A stretch of 63,978 bases of DNA, filler included, from Collodictyon triciliatum (Eukaryota): NCBI GenBank assembly GCA_043381765.1. It is 6 parts of 6 records of this genome, joined end to end, with 100 filler letters (N's around TTAATTAATTAA, not from the genome) between each part and the next. Parts side by side here need not be neighbours in the genome. Positions count along the whole stretch, not along the records: positions 11,292 to 22,433 come from JBHJMP010002475.1; positions 22,534 to 39,132 come from JBHJMP010002476.1; 4 more parts are not named here. One strand, given 5' to 3'. Shown here in pieces: positions 11,746-24,326 of this stretch. Every line of letters begins with the position of its first letter. Positions within the stretch are counted from its first letter, which is position 1. The notes beneath the pieces are model-generated. The model had not been told where the DNA came from, made no database searches, and saw nothing but the letters and a program-made list of their open reading frames with translations. The position numbers were made by a program, and so were the translations under genes.

Positions 11746-14700
11746 ATGGACAGCAGCCACCCACAGGAATCCGCCGACGAAGTGGGGCAAATACGCGCCT
11801 TTGCAAAGCCCCGAAACTGCGCACCGAAAGAAGCGACCTGGCTCGACCTGGGCTTCCAATCACTCGCGGCCGTCCCTGACTCTGTGTCGCTCTTTGTGAA
11901 TCTGGAGACGCTGCTTCTCAACAACAACGACTTGGCAGCAGAGCTCCCAGCCTGCCTGTCCTGCCTCAAGAAGCTCAGGACACTCAATCTCTGCGACAAC
12001 AAGGTTCCTTCGCAACCACAGCCTCCTTTCCTGCAACTTCTGCAAACCTTTGCGCCTTAGAATGCTTTGTGTGCTTATCGGCTGATCATCGGACTTAGTT
12101 CGACTCGCTGCCTGAGTGGATCGCAGAGTTGGCGAATCTCACGTCCTTGTTTCTGGAGCGCGAAGGGAAAACAAGCGTTGTGTATGCGCCGCGCGGTCTG
12201 ATTCTTTTGCCGTGCTGGAAGAACGATGAGAAGCTGATTTGGATGAAGTACAGTGTGCGCGAGACTCTGTCGAAGTTGGTTCTGTACAGCCATGCGCCGT
12301 TCTACGTGGAGCAAGGCATCGACGATATGGATGTTGTGATGGATGATATCGCTGGTGGCAAAGTGCTGGACGTGTCGGCGAACAAGGTATCCTTAATCTA
12401 TTTCTTTTTCTTTCTTCTCCCTTTTTTTTCGTTTTTCTTTTTGGCTTTTTGGCTTTCTTTTCATAGGCCTTGCCATCCACCGAAAAATATGCTTATGCTT
12501 CCTGCTTTGCTTCTAATCTGATCGGTGTACTAGATCTCTGTGATTCCCGAGACCATTGAGAGGCATCCGCAGCTCGAGATTCTCGTGGCCAGCAAAAACT
12601 TGGTAGGATAACCGATTCGCTGTGTATCAATTAACTGTGGTCTTGAGTTGATATTTGTATTTGTTATTTTCTTCCTCGGCATATATATAAACTCCATATG
12701 TTTTTTTTCCTGTCGAATGTTTATATTTACATCGGTTTTCAGATCTCGGCGATTCCAAAATCTGTGACTGTGCTGACTAATCTTGTCATCCTTGACTTAA
12801 GCAACAACATGGTACGATTATTTCCATTCACGCATCGCCTATTCGCCATCTCATTATTGCAATTTCCTTCTAATCAGATTGGTAGCCTCTGTACCTAAGA
12901 TGTCAAATGAATTCTTTAGATTTCTTCTGTTCCATCAGAGATCCAATTCTTGCGCCTTCTGAAGGAGCTCCACCTCCAAAAGAACAAAGTCACATTATTG
13001 CTATTTATTTCTAAGACACACTTAAAATTATGTCGTTGCCTTGATATATATTACGGTATGTGAATAATACATCGATCACATGTAGATATTCGATCTTCCT
13101 CGAGAAATCCTGTCTCTTACAACTCTCCAGATTCTGGATATCAGCCAAAATTTGGTGACACAGAAGAATGATTGAAATCTTCATTATTTTTTTTTATTGC
13201 TAACTGTGATTAAATATGAACGAAACTAATCTGTCGCGAAAATATTGATGAAAGTGCAGTTTGTCACCTTTCCAAATGTTGTGTCTGCGATGATTTGGAT
13301 AACTTCCTTGAACATATCACACAACAAGGTATTCGTCGGTTGTGTTTACATTTTCCTAACAGCTGAATCATCTCCTTTTCTTTTCCTTTCTATTTCTCTT
13401 TTCCTTCTATTTATATTTCTCTACCTATTTCTCTACCTATTTCTCTACCTATTTCTCTACCTATTTCTCTACCTGTTTCTCTACCTGTTTCTTTTCATTT
13501 CTTTTCATTTCCTTTCTCACTTTGTGTCGACATTTATCTCTTCTTTTTTTTTTTTTGAATCAGATTCCAGCGCTTCCTGAATCTGTGTCCAAGATGAGCA
13601 ATCTCTCAGTTCTGGATGCATCAAACAACAGGGTGAATACCATTCTACATACCAAGCTCATTCACTCTTACAGCCTTTAAATGCTTTTTAAGGAAGTTGG
13701 TTGTGCCTCGTCATTAATCCACCTTCTTTTTTTTTTTTTTTTACGTGAATGTTTGTAACAGATCGATATAATCCCTGCATTTATCGGTGGCATGGATAAG
13801 CTCGTCAGCGGACTCGAAGTGAAGGGAAATCCGGCCAGAAACATTCCCAAGAATGTCTTCAAGCGCGGCTCCGAGGCTATCATCGACTTCCTTAACTCTA
13901 GCAGTAAAGGCGGCTCACAAAAATGGAGACAGGGAAGACTGCTGCTGCTCGGCGAATCACAAGCTGGAAAGACCACTCTTGCTCAATCCTTAGCCCGAAA
14001 CGCAAGCTTTTTGGGTGGCCTCCGACCCGAAAAGATCGAGCAAACAGATGGGATTGAATACACCGATATTGAAATCTTCGATGAGGCTACTGGAGCCGTA
14101 CCCGAGCCGATTGCAATCCGCGTGTGGGATTTTGCTGGTAGCGCCGACTTCCAGCCATCGCATCCTTTGTTTGTGACGGCCGGCGCACTAGTCGTGGTGC
14201 TTTATCGTCTTGACCAAGGCAAGGATGCAAATAATCTCTCGCGCTGGATTCCCATGCTCAACGAAACTGCACCGGGATGTAAGGTGATTCTGCTTGGCAC
14301 ACACAAAGATAGGCAGAACCCAAAGGCGTGCGAGGAAATGAAGAAAGAAATCAAGCATCTCCGCCTTTCTTGCCCGGATGTCCACTTCATGAGTCTAAAG
14401 ACCAGAATCAATCTCCACAACTCGAAGGAACTGACCAGCCTGAAGCAGCTGATTTACCAAGGCATGATTCAACTAGACTGTATCAACAAGTATATCCCAA
14501 AGAACTTCCTTGAGCTCCAAAAGTTCCTTCACGAGAAGGCACGGTCTCTAAAGTTTCTCAAGCTCGAGCAGATTCTCGAGCATGCCGCAAAGTCGCTCCA
14601 GATGAACGAGAGACGGTGCTCCATCGCGCTCAGGTTTTTGCATGACATCGGCTCTGTATTGTGGTTCTCGGACAACGAGAGTACCAAAGACGTTGTGTTT

Positions 14701-17700
14701 CCAGACCCAGACTTCCTTGTTCGTGTCTTCCGCTGTGTCTTTAGCTTCAAAGGCGTCGGAAAACGATCAGAAGGCAGTGGAATGGTGGTGATTTCCCAGC
14801 TGAAACAAAAGCTGGAGCAAGAGTTCGATATCAAAGTGGACGATCAAGTATTTAACGTCATCGTTGGTCTTCTGGACCACTTCGGGCTTGGGCTCCAGTT
14901 CAACAAGGAATGCCTCATCTTTCCTTCCTTGCTCGGCGAGCTCCGAAGCATTAAGAGTGTTTGGAATGAGAAGCAAGAATCCAACTGCGTGGCTGAAATA
15001 TCGATCGACTTGGCAACAAATCATCTGACGCAGCTGAGCGACAGAAGCAAAATCATCGCGTATCTGCTGCGTATAACCAGGGTATCTGCAACAGGTGGCT
15101 CGCCACAAGAAAACTCATTCTACAAAAACGCTGCTGTGGTTCATGTGACTTGCCTTTCTGGAGGCTCTGCAAGTTCATCTAAAAAGGGCTCTGATGATGT
15201 CAAGCTCGGTCCTGGAGAAGACCTTAGAGTTCTTGTGCATTTCTTGTCAGACAAAGTGACCATCGCCGTGCGCAAATACGAAGTGCATGGTGAAAGAAAG
15301 GACTTTATCGATATTTTCAAGGTTCTGAACCACCTTAAGGAGCAAATCCTGGCAGTGCGGCCAGGTGTATTCAAATATTGCAAGATGGGCTGCAGCGAAG
15401 TTGGAAAAGACGGGGCCAAGCAGGAAGTGAAGGCATCGCCCTCGCAGTTTCACGAGTTGGAGGTGGCTCGAAGCACACATGGCCAGGTCATCGACTTTGA
15501 GTCTGCCAAGCGCGGCCGAATTTATCTAGGAAATGGTACACATCCGTGTATATTCCTATTGAGCAAATACAACCCAAAAATAACTGTCTTCTAAACATAA
15601 ACAAGTCATAACATTATTTATTTGCTAAGCTTTTTTTTTTATTATTATTTCTTCCTGCACATTTATCGAGACTAAGATGCCTTTTTGTTCGTCGCACAGA
15701 TGACCATCCCCGTTACCAGGCCGAGGCAAAACGTAAGCAGAAACCAGCCCAGGGCAAAGCAACGAAAACTCTTGAGCTCGCTTCGATCGATGCCGAATTG
15801 AAAAGCCTTTTGACGACTGAGCAGATTGAATTGAGAGACTTCATCGCTAGTGGGACTTACGGCAAAGTATACAAAGGTCGTATGAAAGGCGTAGAAAAAG
15901 ACGTTGCCGTCAAGATCCAGACAGTTCAAGCTGTAGGAAAATCCACGGTCCAAGAAGTCATCGAGTCCGTCATTCAAGAAAGCAAGCTTCTTTTTGAGTG
16001 TCGTGAATGCGAAAACATTGCCAAGCTTCTAAAGGTTTATCGTCGAGAGAGCAACTTCTTTATGGTCATGGAATATGCAGGAACATCGCTCAAGAAAATT
16101 GTGGAGCACAGCAGCGAGTCAAGACCAACACTGGTGCAAATGATGCAATATGGAAAACAGATTTGTCAGGCACTGCTCTACATGCAGACGAAAAACATCT
16201 ATCACGAAGACCTCAAGGCCGACAACATTGTCATAGAAAAGGATGTTGCAAAACTTGTCGATTTTGGCTTTGTCAGCAGACGCGAGATTGAGAAAGTCGG
16301 GTCGCAGCTACCCACACGACTCGGCGAATGGAAGCAAAACGGAAGCAGGAACTGGCAGGCGCCCGAGATTTTCCAAGTAGTCAGCAAACCACACTTTAGT
16401 GATGAACGCAAGTATGGCGAAGACGGTGTCAATGTCGGGCACCGCGGAGAGGCCAGCAATGTGTACGCCTTTGGGCTTCTTGTCTGGTACATGTTTTCGA
16501 GTGTGGAGCCTTTTCTCCATGAGCCCCACCCGCAGAGTTGTGCATCACAAGGAATCCGCCCGGACATCGCAGACAAGACACCCAGTGAGATGACTCGCCT
16601 GATTAAAACCTGCTGGAAACAAAACTACAAGCATCGCCCGACCCTCAAAAACATCCTGCAATACTATACCGAGATTATCGCAAACAACATCCGAATTGCG
16701 CCGGAGCGAGCGCAACAGCTTCTCCCTATCAAGTATGCCCGTCTGGACGACATGTACCGCGGCGAATTAGTAGAGTTTGCTGATGACTTTCAGCTCACAG
16801 AGGTCAAGCAGCAAGTGGCTGCAGAGGACTGGGTCACGGTGGCCGGGAAGTATGGCTCTTCAGCCTCGTCAGCCTTGGCTTCGCTTTATCCAAAGCTCTC
16901 GGGGCAGATCACCAGCGCCGTCCAGGCGATGCAGGGTAGTTCAGTTTGCCCGCCGGCATATTCTTCAAAGTTTACCTTCCAGGACTACCAAGCCTACGAA
17001 CTGACCCTCCAACCCCCGAAGCCTGTCCAAGTTATTCGCCCATCCTCCTCCTTCATCTTTGGCGGGCTGTCTCAGCAGTTCCATTCATCCCACTTCGGCC
17101 ATTTTATCCAGAGCCTCCCCCAAGTCTCGTTCCCTGCTGCGCCCAATCTACTGCAGATGCCCCAGATGCCCCAGATGCCCCAGATGCAGCAGTTCCAATC
17201 CATGCTCTCCAACATCCAAAATACTCTGCAGGAGAAACTCCCAGCATCGCTCCAAGAAATCCTTCCTGCGTCTCTCCAGTTCCACGACGACGAGTCCGAA
17301 GACCAACCACCTCAGAAACAAGAGGCCGTGAAGCCTGCCCCATCGTCGTCCCACAACGCCGCTCATACAAACGCTGCCTTGGCTGCCGTCACACAGGTAA
17401 CTTCCCCGCAAAAGTCACGATTATTTTATTTTATTTTATATATATATATATAAAGAAGCTCAGATACAGCAAAGACTTCATGCATGATTGACTCATTCAA
17501 AGCCGACCCTTCGACATTTGTTCCACTATGAATGCGCAGGCAACAACAGACCAAGTTGTGGAGTGGCTCGAGCATCTCGGTCTCCCAAATGCTGCCAAGC
17601 TCGCTGAGCAATACGGCCTCTCGGGAAAGGACATCATCGGTGTTTCCGAGGAAGAAATCATCAAGTTCTTTGGTGCCGAGGACGCCGCCAAGATTCTCCC

Positions 17701-17926
17701 TGTCCTGGCCAAGCTGCAGGAAAATTGTACCAGTGGCGAATACCAGGTGAATGCGGCTGCACAATCGCCGTCCCGCCCAGCCAACCCACCAAATACCCAA
17801 ACGGCCATCCTCCATCACGATGATTCCACCGATGTCCACCAAGAGGTTGATGAGGGTGAGACTCATGAAAACCAAGCCGCAGGAGGAACTACCAAGCGCA
17901 GGAAACGCCGCTGCCTCATTCTATAG
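11746..17926 (+). CDS. Roco-family protein, LRR-Roc-COR-protein kinase-SAM-like-CaaX, ~1623 aa, 11 exons
   Basis: Exons 11746-12003, 12099-12386, 12534-12602, 12743-12811, 12920-12988, 13086-13154, 13260-13328, 13564-13632, 13762-15535, 15700-17413 and 17503-17926 all join in frame via GT-AG. Roc: GESQAGKTT, QTDGIE, VWDFAG, LGTHKD. COR: ALRFLHDIGSVLWF, VFPDPDFL. Kinase: ASGTYGKV, VAVK, HEDLKADN, DFG, APE. SAM-like: TTDQVVEWLEHLGL...GLSGKDII. Ends KRRKRRCLIL*. Confidence 0.88.
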
Positions 17927-18878
17927 CCGGTTGGCATACACAACAATTTTCTTTTTTTCATTTTTTCTTTTTTCATTTTTCTTTTTTCTTTTTTCTTTTT
18001 TCTTTTTTCTTTTTTCTTTTTTCTTTTTCATATCTTTTTATATACCGGTGGGGCGATGCCACTGCTCTTTGAGAACCTTTCATCCTCTGCGGGTTGGTCA
18101 TGCTTCTCGGCTCATAAACTCACCCACACACCCGCCACAATCTGGTTGCACACCCGACTTCAACTGCACTGCGACCACATAAAAAAACAAAAGCTGCGAT
18201 TTGAGATTCCTCCGTTTTCCAGTGATTGCTGTCAAGTTATTTTGCATGAACGATGGGAACTTGTCGCTTCAGCTGTCTAACTACATCATTCATCTTTCAA
18301 GGCATTAAATATATATTGCGGGCATGATTTTTGTATTATTTATTACACTTAAACCACCAGTAATACAAAAATATGAAAAACTCTATAGATTCCAGAATTA
18401 CATATGTTCTATGTATGTTTCACCAAAAATAGAGAACGTTTTCTTGGAAGGTTTCCGAGAAAGCAACCACACTCCGAAGCGCCAACAGAACACCGGATTA
18501 CTTCGAGGAAAAGCAGAGGGAAACAAGGCTCGAAGTGCATGAAGTGATGTTGGGAGATGGTGAGGAATTTTTCCACGAAGCGCCAATTCTCTGAAGCTGC
18601 TTTGTATCTATCGCATCTGCTCCTATAAAAACATTCCTAAATCCTTCTCGCCGAGCGATGTGAATGGTCGTCACAAACCAGCAACAGAAGGCGAGATGCG
18701 GGTGACGATGCTGGGGAATAGAAGATGACGATACGGATCCAGAAGGAAACGATGAGAACGAAATAAAATAACTGTGCATGGGTTTCGGTGTGATGTTTTT
18801 TTTGTTTTGTTTCATTTTCCTTACTTTTTCTCTGTAGATACCACTTTATTTTAATTTTTGGAAGAAAGAACAAAGCAG

Positions 18879-20362
18879 ATGAACGGCGGTGCAGATTGCG
18901 ATTATGTCTTCAAGGTATGCCCATTATATTATTTGCAGAACTATCAAAATATCATGGTGACTGAACACCTTTACCTCTGTTCTTGAAGATAATTCTACTG
19001 GGGGACAGCGGCGTGGGAAAGAGCTGCCTTCTCTCGAGATTGACTGTGAGTTTAGCATTGCGCAGCGTTTATTTTACTTTTCCCACATTATATCAGAGCA
19101 GTTTTCTTTTCTGTCGATAGTTATGCAAGAGTGTTAACAAACTCAACATACCAGGAGCAACAGTTTAGCGAGAACTTCCTGTCGACGATAGGCGTTGATT
19201 TGGTTTGTTGCTGCTTCATGATTTTTTTTTGTTGAATTGTGCATGGAATAGTGAAGGAGTTTAAGTAGTGAAAAGTAATCAATAAATGAAAAAAAAAATT
19301 GAAACATTAATGTAAACAGTGAATGAAAATGGTTTCTTTAGAAAATCAAGACTGTTGAGAAAAGCGGCAAAATAATCAAGCTTCAGCTGGTAAGTTAAAC
19401 TTTGCAATATTCAAGAGCAATCGTCTGAATCTTTTCTTTTTTCCCTTTCCGCAGGTTTGCATATCCCTTATAAGAAACTAAAAAAATAATGATAAAATTG
19501 TGCACAATTATAGTGGGACACAGCGGGACAAGAGCGATTCAGAAGTATAACCCAAGGCTACTACAGAGGAGCCCATGTGAGTAAAGGTCGATCGAGTAAG
19601 AAAAATTACATGTCGTGGGAAGTCACCATGAGTCATTCATGGTATCTTTGTATGAAACTCAAATACTTGATTTAATTAAAAGGGAATACTGCTTTGCTTC
19701 GATGTTACGCGCAGAGAATCGTTCAACAGTATTAGCCGATGGCATGAGGATGTCATCCGAAGTGGTGCGAAGAGCGTGGTAATATAAACGTACATAGTTT
19801 GTATCGTTTCAAATCTTTGTGTCCATCATTCGCAAAGGCCTACAAATATTTAAAACTCACTCGATTGAAACAGAATTGGCTTCTTGTTGGCTGCAAGGCA
19901 GACTTGTCATCTTCAAGAACGGTGTCTTACGAAGAAGCAAACGTATTTTTTTTTTTTATTGATATTCCTATCTCTTCTGGTGCTGCTCATTACATTTTAT
20001 TTGCTTCGACATACATTTGATATTCAGCTTGTTGAATCAAGTCAAATATTAAGATATATCACGTTCTTGTATTAAAACCATAGACGGTTGCAATATCTTT
20101 GGGACTCCCTTACATCGAAGTTAGCTCAAAAACTTCACACAGAGTAGAAGAGGCCCTTGAGAAACTTGTGGGGGATACTTTGAAAGCATATGTTGAAAAG
20201 TAAGTATTAAGCATGGTACATCAGTTCTTCAAAATCAATATATGATTCTAATACATAATAATGGATATCAGGTCTATGCAACCTTCAACAGGACCTCGGA
20301 ATACAGGATTTCAAGTAGTTCGAGAGGGTGTTGATATTTCTCAAAAGAGTTCTTGCTGCTGA
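18879..20362 (+). CDS. Rab GTPase (Rab1/Rab8-like, divergent), 9 exons
   Basis: [68 protein letters not shown] and C-terminal SSCC*. All introns are GT-AG. Confidence 0.92.
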
Positions 20363-20690
20363 CAGCAGGCATTCTCGACCCATTTTTTCGCTTCAAAGTT
20401 GTGTGTTATCTTCAATTTGCTCTTTCGGACGTCTATTCTCTTCCATCTCCTTTCCCCCACTGTCAACACCATTCAAAAAAGTGCATAAAATAGACTCAAA
20501 TATCTACGTTTACGTGTCTTTCATTTAATTGAGCGCATTTTGGCTTGTTTAAATCAGCGATATTACGTTTTCTTTTATTCGTTATGATTTGATGTTGTAT
20601 TCCCATGTCTCTCGATGTTCCGATTTCATAAGAATAAATCCAGCGCAGTAGGTCAAAAGTCATGTTTTAATCTAATGAAGTAACAGCGTC

Positions 20691-22433
20691 CTATTGCGAT
20701 ATAAATTCGTCAAGTATATCTCGGAAACGAGGCCGGGCTTCTGGAGCACCTTTCCAGCACCTCGTCATCAGAGAAACGATGTATTTGTTCATGCCCTTCG
20801 ATATCTCTGGTCGCAATCCATTTGTGACGGCAAACTGCACGGAGATTGGTTCCATACTGCAGTACGGTGGTTCCCTCATTTCAACCTCCCACAATAGAAT
20901 TCCAAAGCTGTACACATTAGATCTTTCATCATAGTGCTTCCCTTTGAGAATCTGTCATTTTATTACATTCATTCAATCTCACATTTGTGATAGCATTTGA
21001 TAAGATGCTAATATATGTACACTACATGTATGCGATTATGCTCGAACACTAAAATCGGTTCGGATATAAAGAAATAAATAAATAAAAAAAAATTAATACC
21101 TCGGGTGCTTGGTACGCAAAGGTCCCACATCTGGTCATAGTGCGATTGTTTTGTTTCACCCTCGCAAAACCAAAATCACATATTTTGCTCTCATGTTTTT
21201 CATTTACCTATCAAATTATATCAAAATGAACACATAAAAATATGCCCACCTCACAAATTTACACAAAACGCTCACCAAAACATTTGCAGGTTTCAAGTCG
21301 CGATGAAGGATGATAGGGTCCAGGGTGTGGAGATAGTTCATCCCGTTCATGATGCCTTTGATTATTTTCAGCCTAGATTATAGGGCGTTTGAGAGTGTCG
21401 ATGGAGAATATCCGATAAATTAGCATCCTAGCAATCACCTGTCCTCAATTTCCAGAGATTTCGCTCTGTTATGCAAAAGTTGCTGAAGGCTTCCAGGCTC
21501 CACAAGTTCCATGACAATTCCAATATTAGGTCTCTCTGTTGTAGCCCCAATGGAGGATACAATATTTGGATGTGACAGATTCCTATAGAGTACAACCAGG
21601 TCAGAAAAATGGAATGCAAAGATTCACCAATACCATTCTACCTTAAAATATTAACTTCGCAAAGGAAAGCGATGTAAACAGCATCTGACACATAACCTCC
21701 ACACCCAATGTTTTTATAGCAACCCTTCTTCCCTGCGTACAAGAAACAGTATGAAAAGTTAAATTGATCCAATTTAACCCTTAAAAAATGAAGATAAAAA
21801 ACAATGGACTATAAGATACAGCCTTCATTTACTCTTTTTTTTCCGATTTTCCATACCTTATAGTTTGTGATGAACACTGTCCCAAAAGAACCTGAACCTA
21901 ATCTGTTTTCTTTATTTATTAGCCCATCAAATTCGATTTCCCACGGTCTTTTCTCTCTAATACGTGACACATAAGACAAGTTCTCATTCATTCATATGTC
22001 TAAAGGCGATTCCCCGGGCCTTTTTTTTTGGATTTTTCAACGTTGGTAATGAACTTTGAGGTACATCTTGGGTGACCCGCGACATACATGGAGTCTGTGT
22101 GTAGCAAAGTCAATCAGTATGAGAAAATGCCCTGCTCTATCATTCCTACTTTAACAAAATTTTTATTTACTCACTTCAATATCCCCCGCACTCGCGTCAT
22201 CAGCAGATTGATTTTCCATGAAGTAATCTCCTCTCCCTTGGAGTTCATGAGAGAAAATTTGGGGTTACCACCAAAAATTAAAAATTGATAACAAATAAAA
22301 GGCAAATTCACATTCCTAATATATTTTGAATTTCAAAAAAGCAATACTCAATATATACTTCATATATATGACCGGATTCTGTTCTTTTATTTCCCATTTC
22401 TCGGATAGTATTTCTGAGTTCTAACACTCTCAA
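20691..22433 (-). CDS. TKL-group protein kinase, C-terminal kinase domain, 5' part lost at contig end
   Basis: Spliced exons: WEIEFD...LGSGSFGTVF, VAIK, HPNIV, ILHRDLKPANVL, ICDFGFAR, CGTFAYQAPE, NVYSFGILLWE, LMTRCWKGAPEARPRF. Confidence 0.9.
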
Positions 22434-24326
22434 NNNNNNNNNNNNNNNNNNNNNNNNNNNNNNNNNNNNNNNNNNNNTTAATTAATTAANNNNNNNNNNN
22501 NNNNNNNNNNNNNNNNNNNNNNNNNNNNNNNNNTTTTTGTTTTTTTGTTTTTTGTTTTGTTTTGTTTTTTGTTTTTTGTTTTGTTTTGATTTGTTTTGAT
22601 TTGTTTTGTTTTGTTTTGTTTTATTTTATTTTGTTTTATTTTGTTTTCTCGCCATCAATGAACATTTTTGGGTTGTACAAAGATGGAGAGGGAAGAGACT
22701 ATAATGAAGAGATTTAGTTGATGCTGTGCACAGTTACAGGCAGCTTGGACTTACCGCTTTGACCTTTGTGACATTATCTAAACCAACTTTGCTTAAGGTG
22801 ATACAAGGTAGAAAAAAATGTGCTGGACGTAGCTCTCTGGCACGATAAACTCGAAATCCGCAAGTGTTTCAGAATCTTTCATATTGCGATTATATGCCTA
22901 TTTTTAAAAAACAGAGTTAAGGCTCAGATAGCACGAAACACTCTGTCTTGGCAAAATATCTTAGTGCTTATGGTACTGTGACTAGCCTATGCTGAAAACA
23001 AGTCTAAATGGAAGCTTCTTTTGTTGTAAAAAGCCAAGCAAAATACTCTATTTAAGTCATATCTTCACTATATATATTGTAAGAAAAGACCTGTAGCTTT
23101 TGGGATTGTCGGTGAATTCGTTTTTTTTTATGATTGAACATGCAATAGCGTATATGATGTTTTTTTTAATACATATTATAATAATCACAAAGTGAATGAA
23201 AGCAAAGCACATTATTCAATTTCGTGGGAGCCATTCTTTAATGCATTTCAAACACTCCGGAATGATACCCTACATAAATATTTATTATGTTCTCTTTGAG
23301 CGTTCTGGATGGAGTTGAAGCACCGTAGATCGTTTAATCTAGGTTATGTAGACATGCAATGGCTTTAATTATTATAATATTCGATTTAACCAGCAATATT
23401 GTGCTAATAAGGGCTTAGAATGGGCTCGATGTCTTATGGTCGCATTTTATAATTTTTTAAAGAGTAGATATTGTTCGATGTAAAGACACCTCTCATGATG
23501 ACAATAAGCGATAACTACAAGCGCGCCATAAAATGCGATTGTGAGCAATTTAAAATTGTGTTACTTTTAGGAGTAGATTAGTATGTAACTATTCATTTTC
23601 AGACGAAAAAAATCCCCCGTGGCAACATTATCAGTGATAGGCCGAACAATTGTTTTCGATGCTAGAGTGCCTTATTTTTTCTTTTCTGAAATAATGAGCC
23701 AGGACTCGGCGCTGATTATGGGCGATTTGATATTGGTTAGAATTATACACAAGAAAGCCATTATTTCTATCGGAATGCGATGTAAAGATATCTCTTGGTT
23801 ATAAAAAAAAAAAGAGGCAATCTGGGTTGACCAAGCAATTAAGAAAGAAGCCAAGGAATCACACAGAGGAAGAAACATGCATCTCTTTCCCATAACACTT
23901 GGGATGATATCGACACATCGGGCATAGGATTGCCGAGCAAATCATGCTTGGGGCAAACGCAGTAAACCCATGACCCCTGGAGAAAATATTCTTTCATGCC
24001 CAACACGAACGAGATATCCTTTCTCACTGTATCCACTCCACAAGAAAAAGAGAGCATAAAAAGAGGATGCCAAGCGCAGAGAGCAGCAGAGTCAGCCAAG
24101 CGAAACCTGTCAAACAACCCCTCCATCATGCCGCATGTGTTCAATCGACGACAACAGCAGTTATAAATGAGCCTCCATTTCGGGCCGATCAACACTTCCA
24201 GCCAAGCACTTTCGCTTCGCTCTGACTCCCTTTTCCAACTTCCTTTGTCGCACACCTGCTTTGGTAGCAACCTGCCACAAAGCCCAGCACAAACGATGCT
24301 GACTCTCCTCAACATAGACCGTCAAG

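Noticed and set aside
14188-17875. Many antisense or alternative-frame ORFs over the Roco gene
   Set aside because: Shadow ORFs of a GC-rich coding region with no independent motifs.
23839-24315. 158-aa minus-strand ORF upstream of SRD5A
   Set aside because: Non-ATG start, no motif and no splice support. Probably a GC-richer promoter region.
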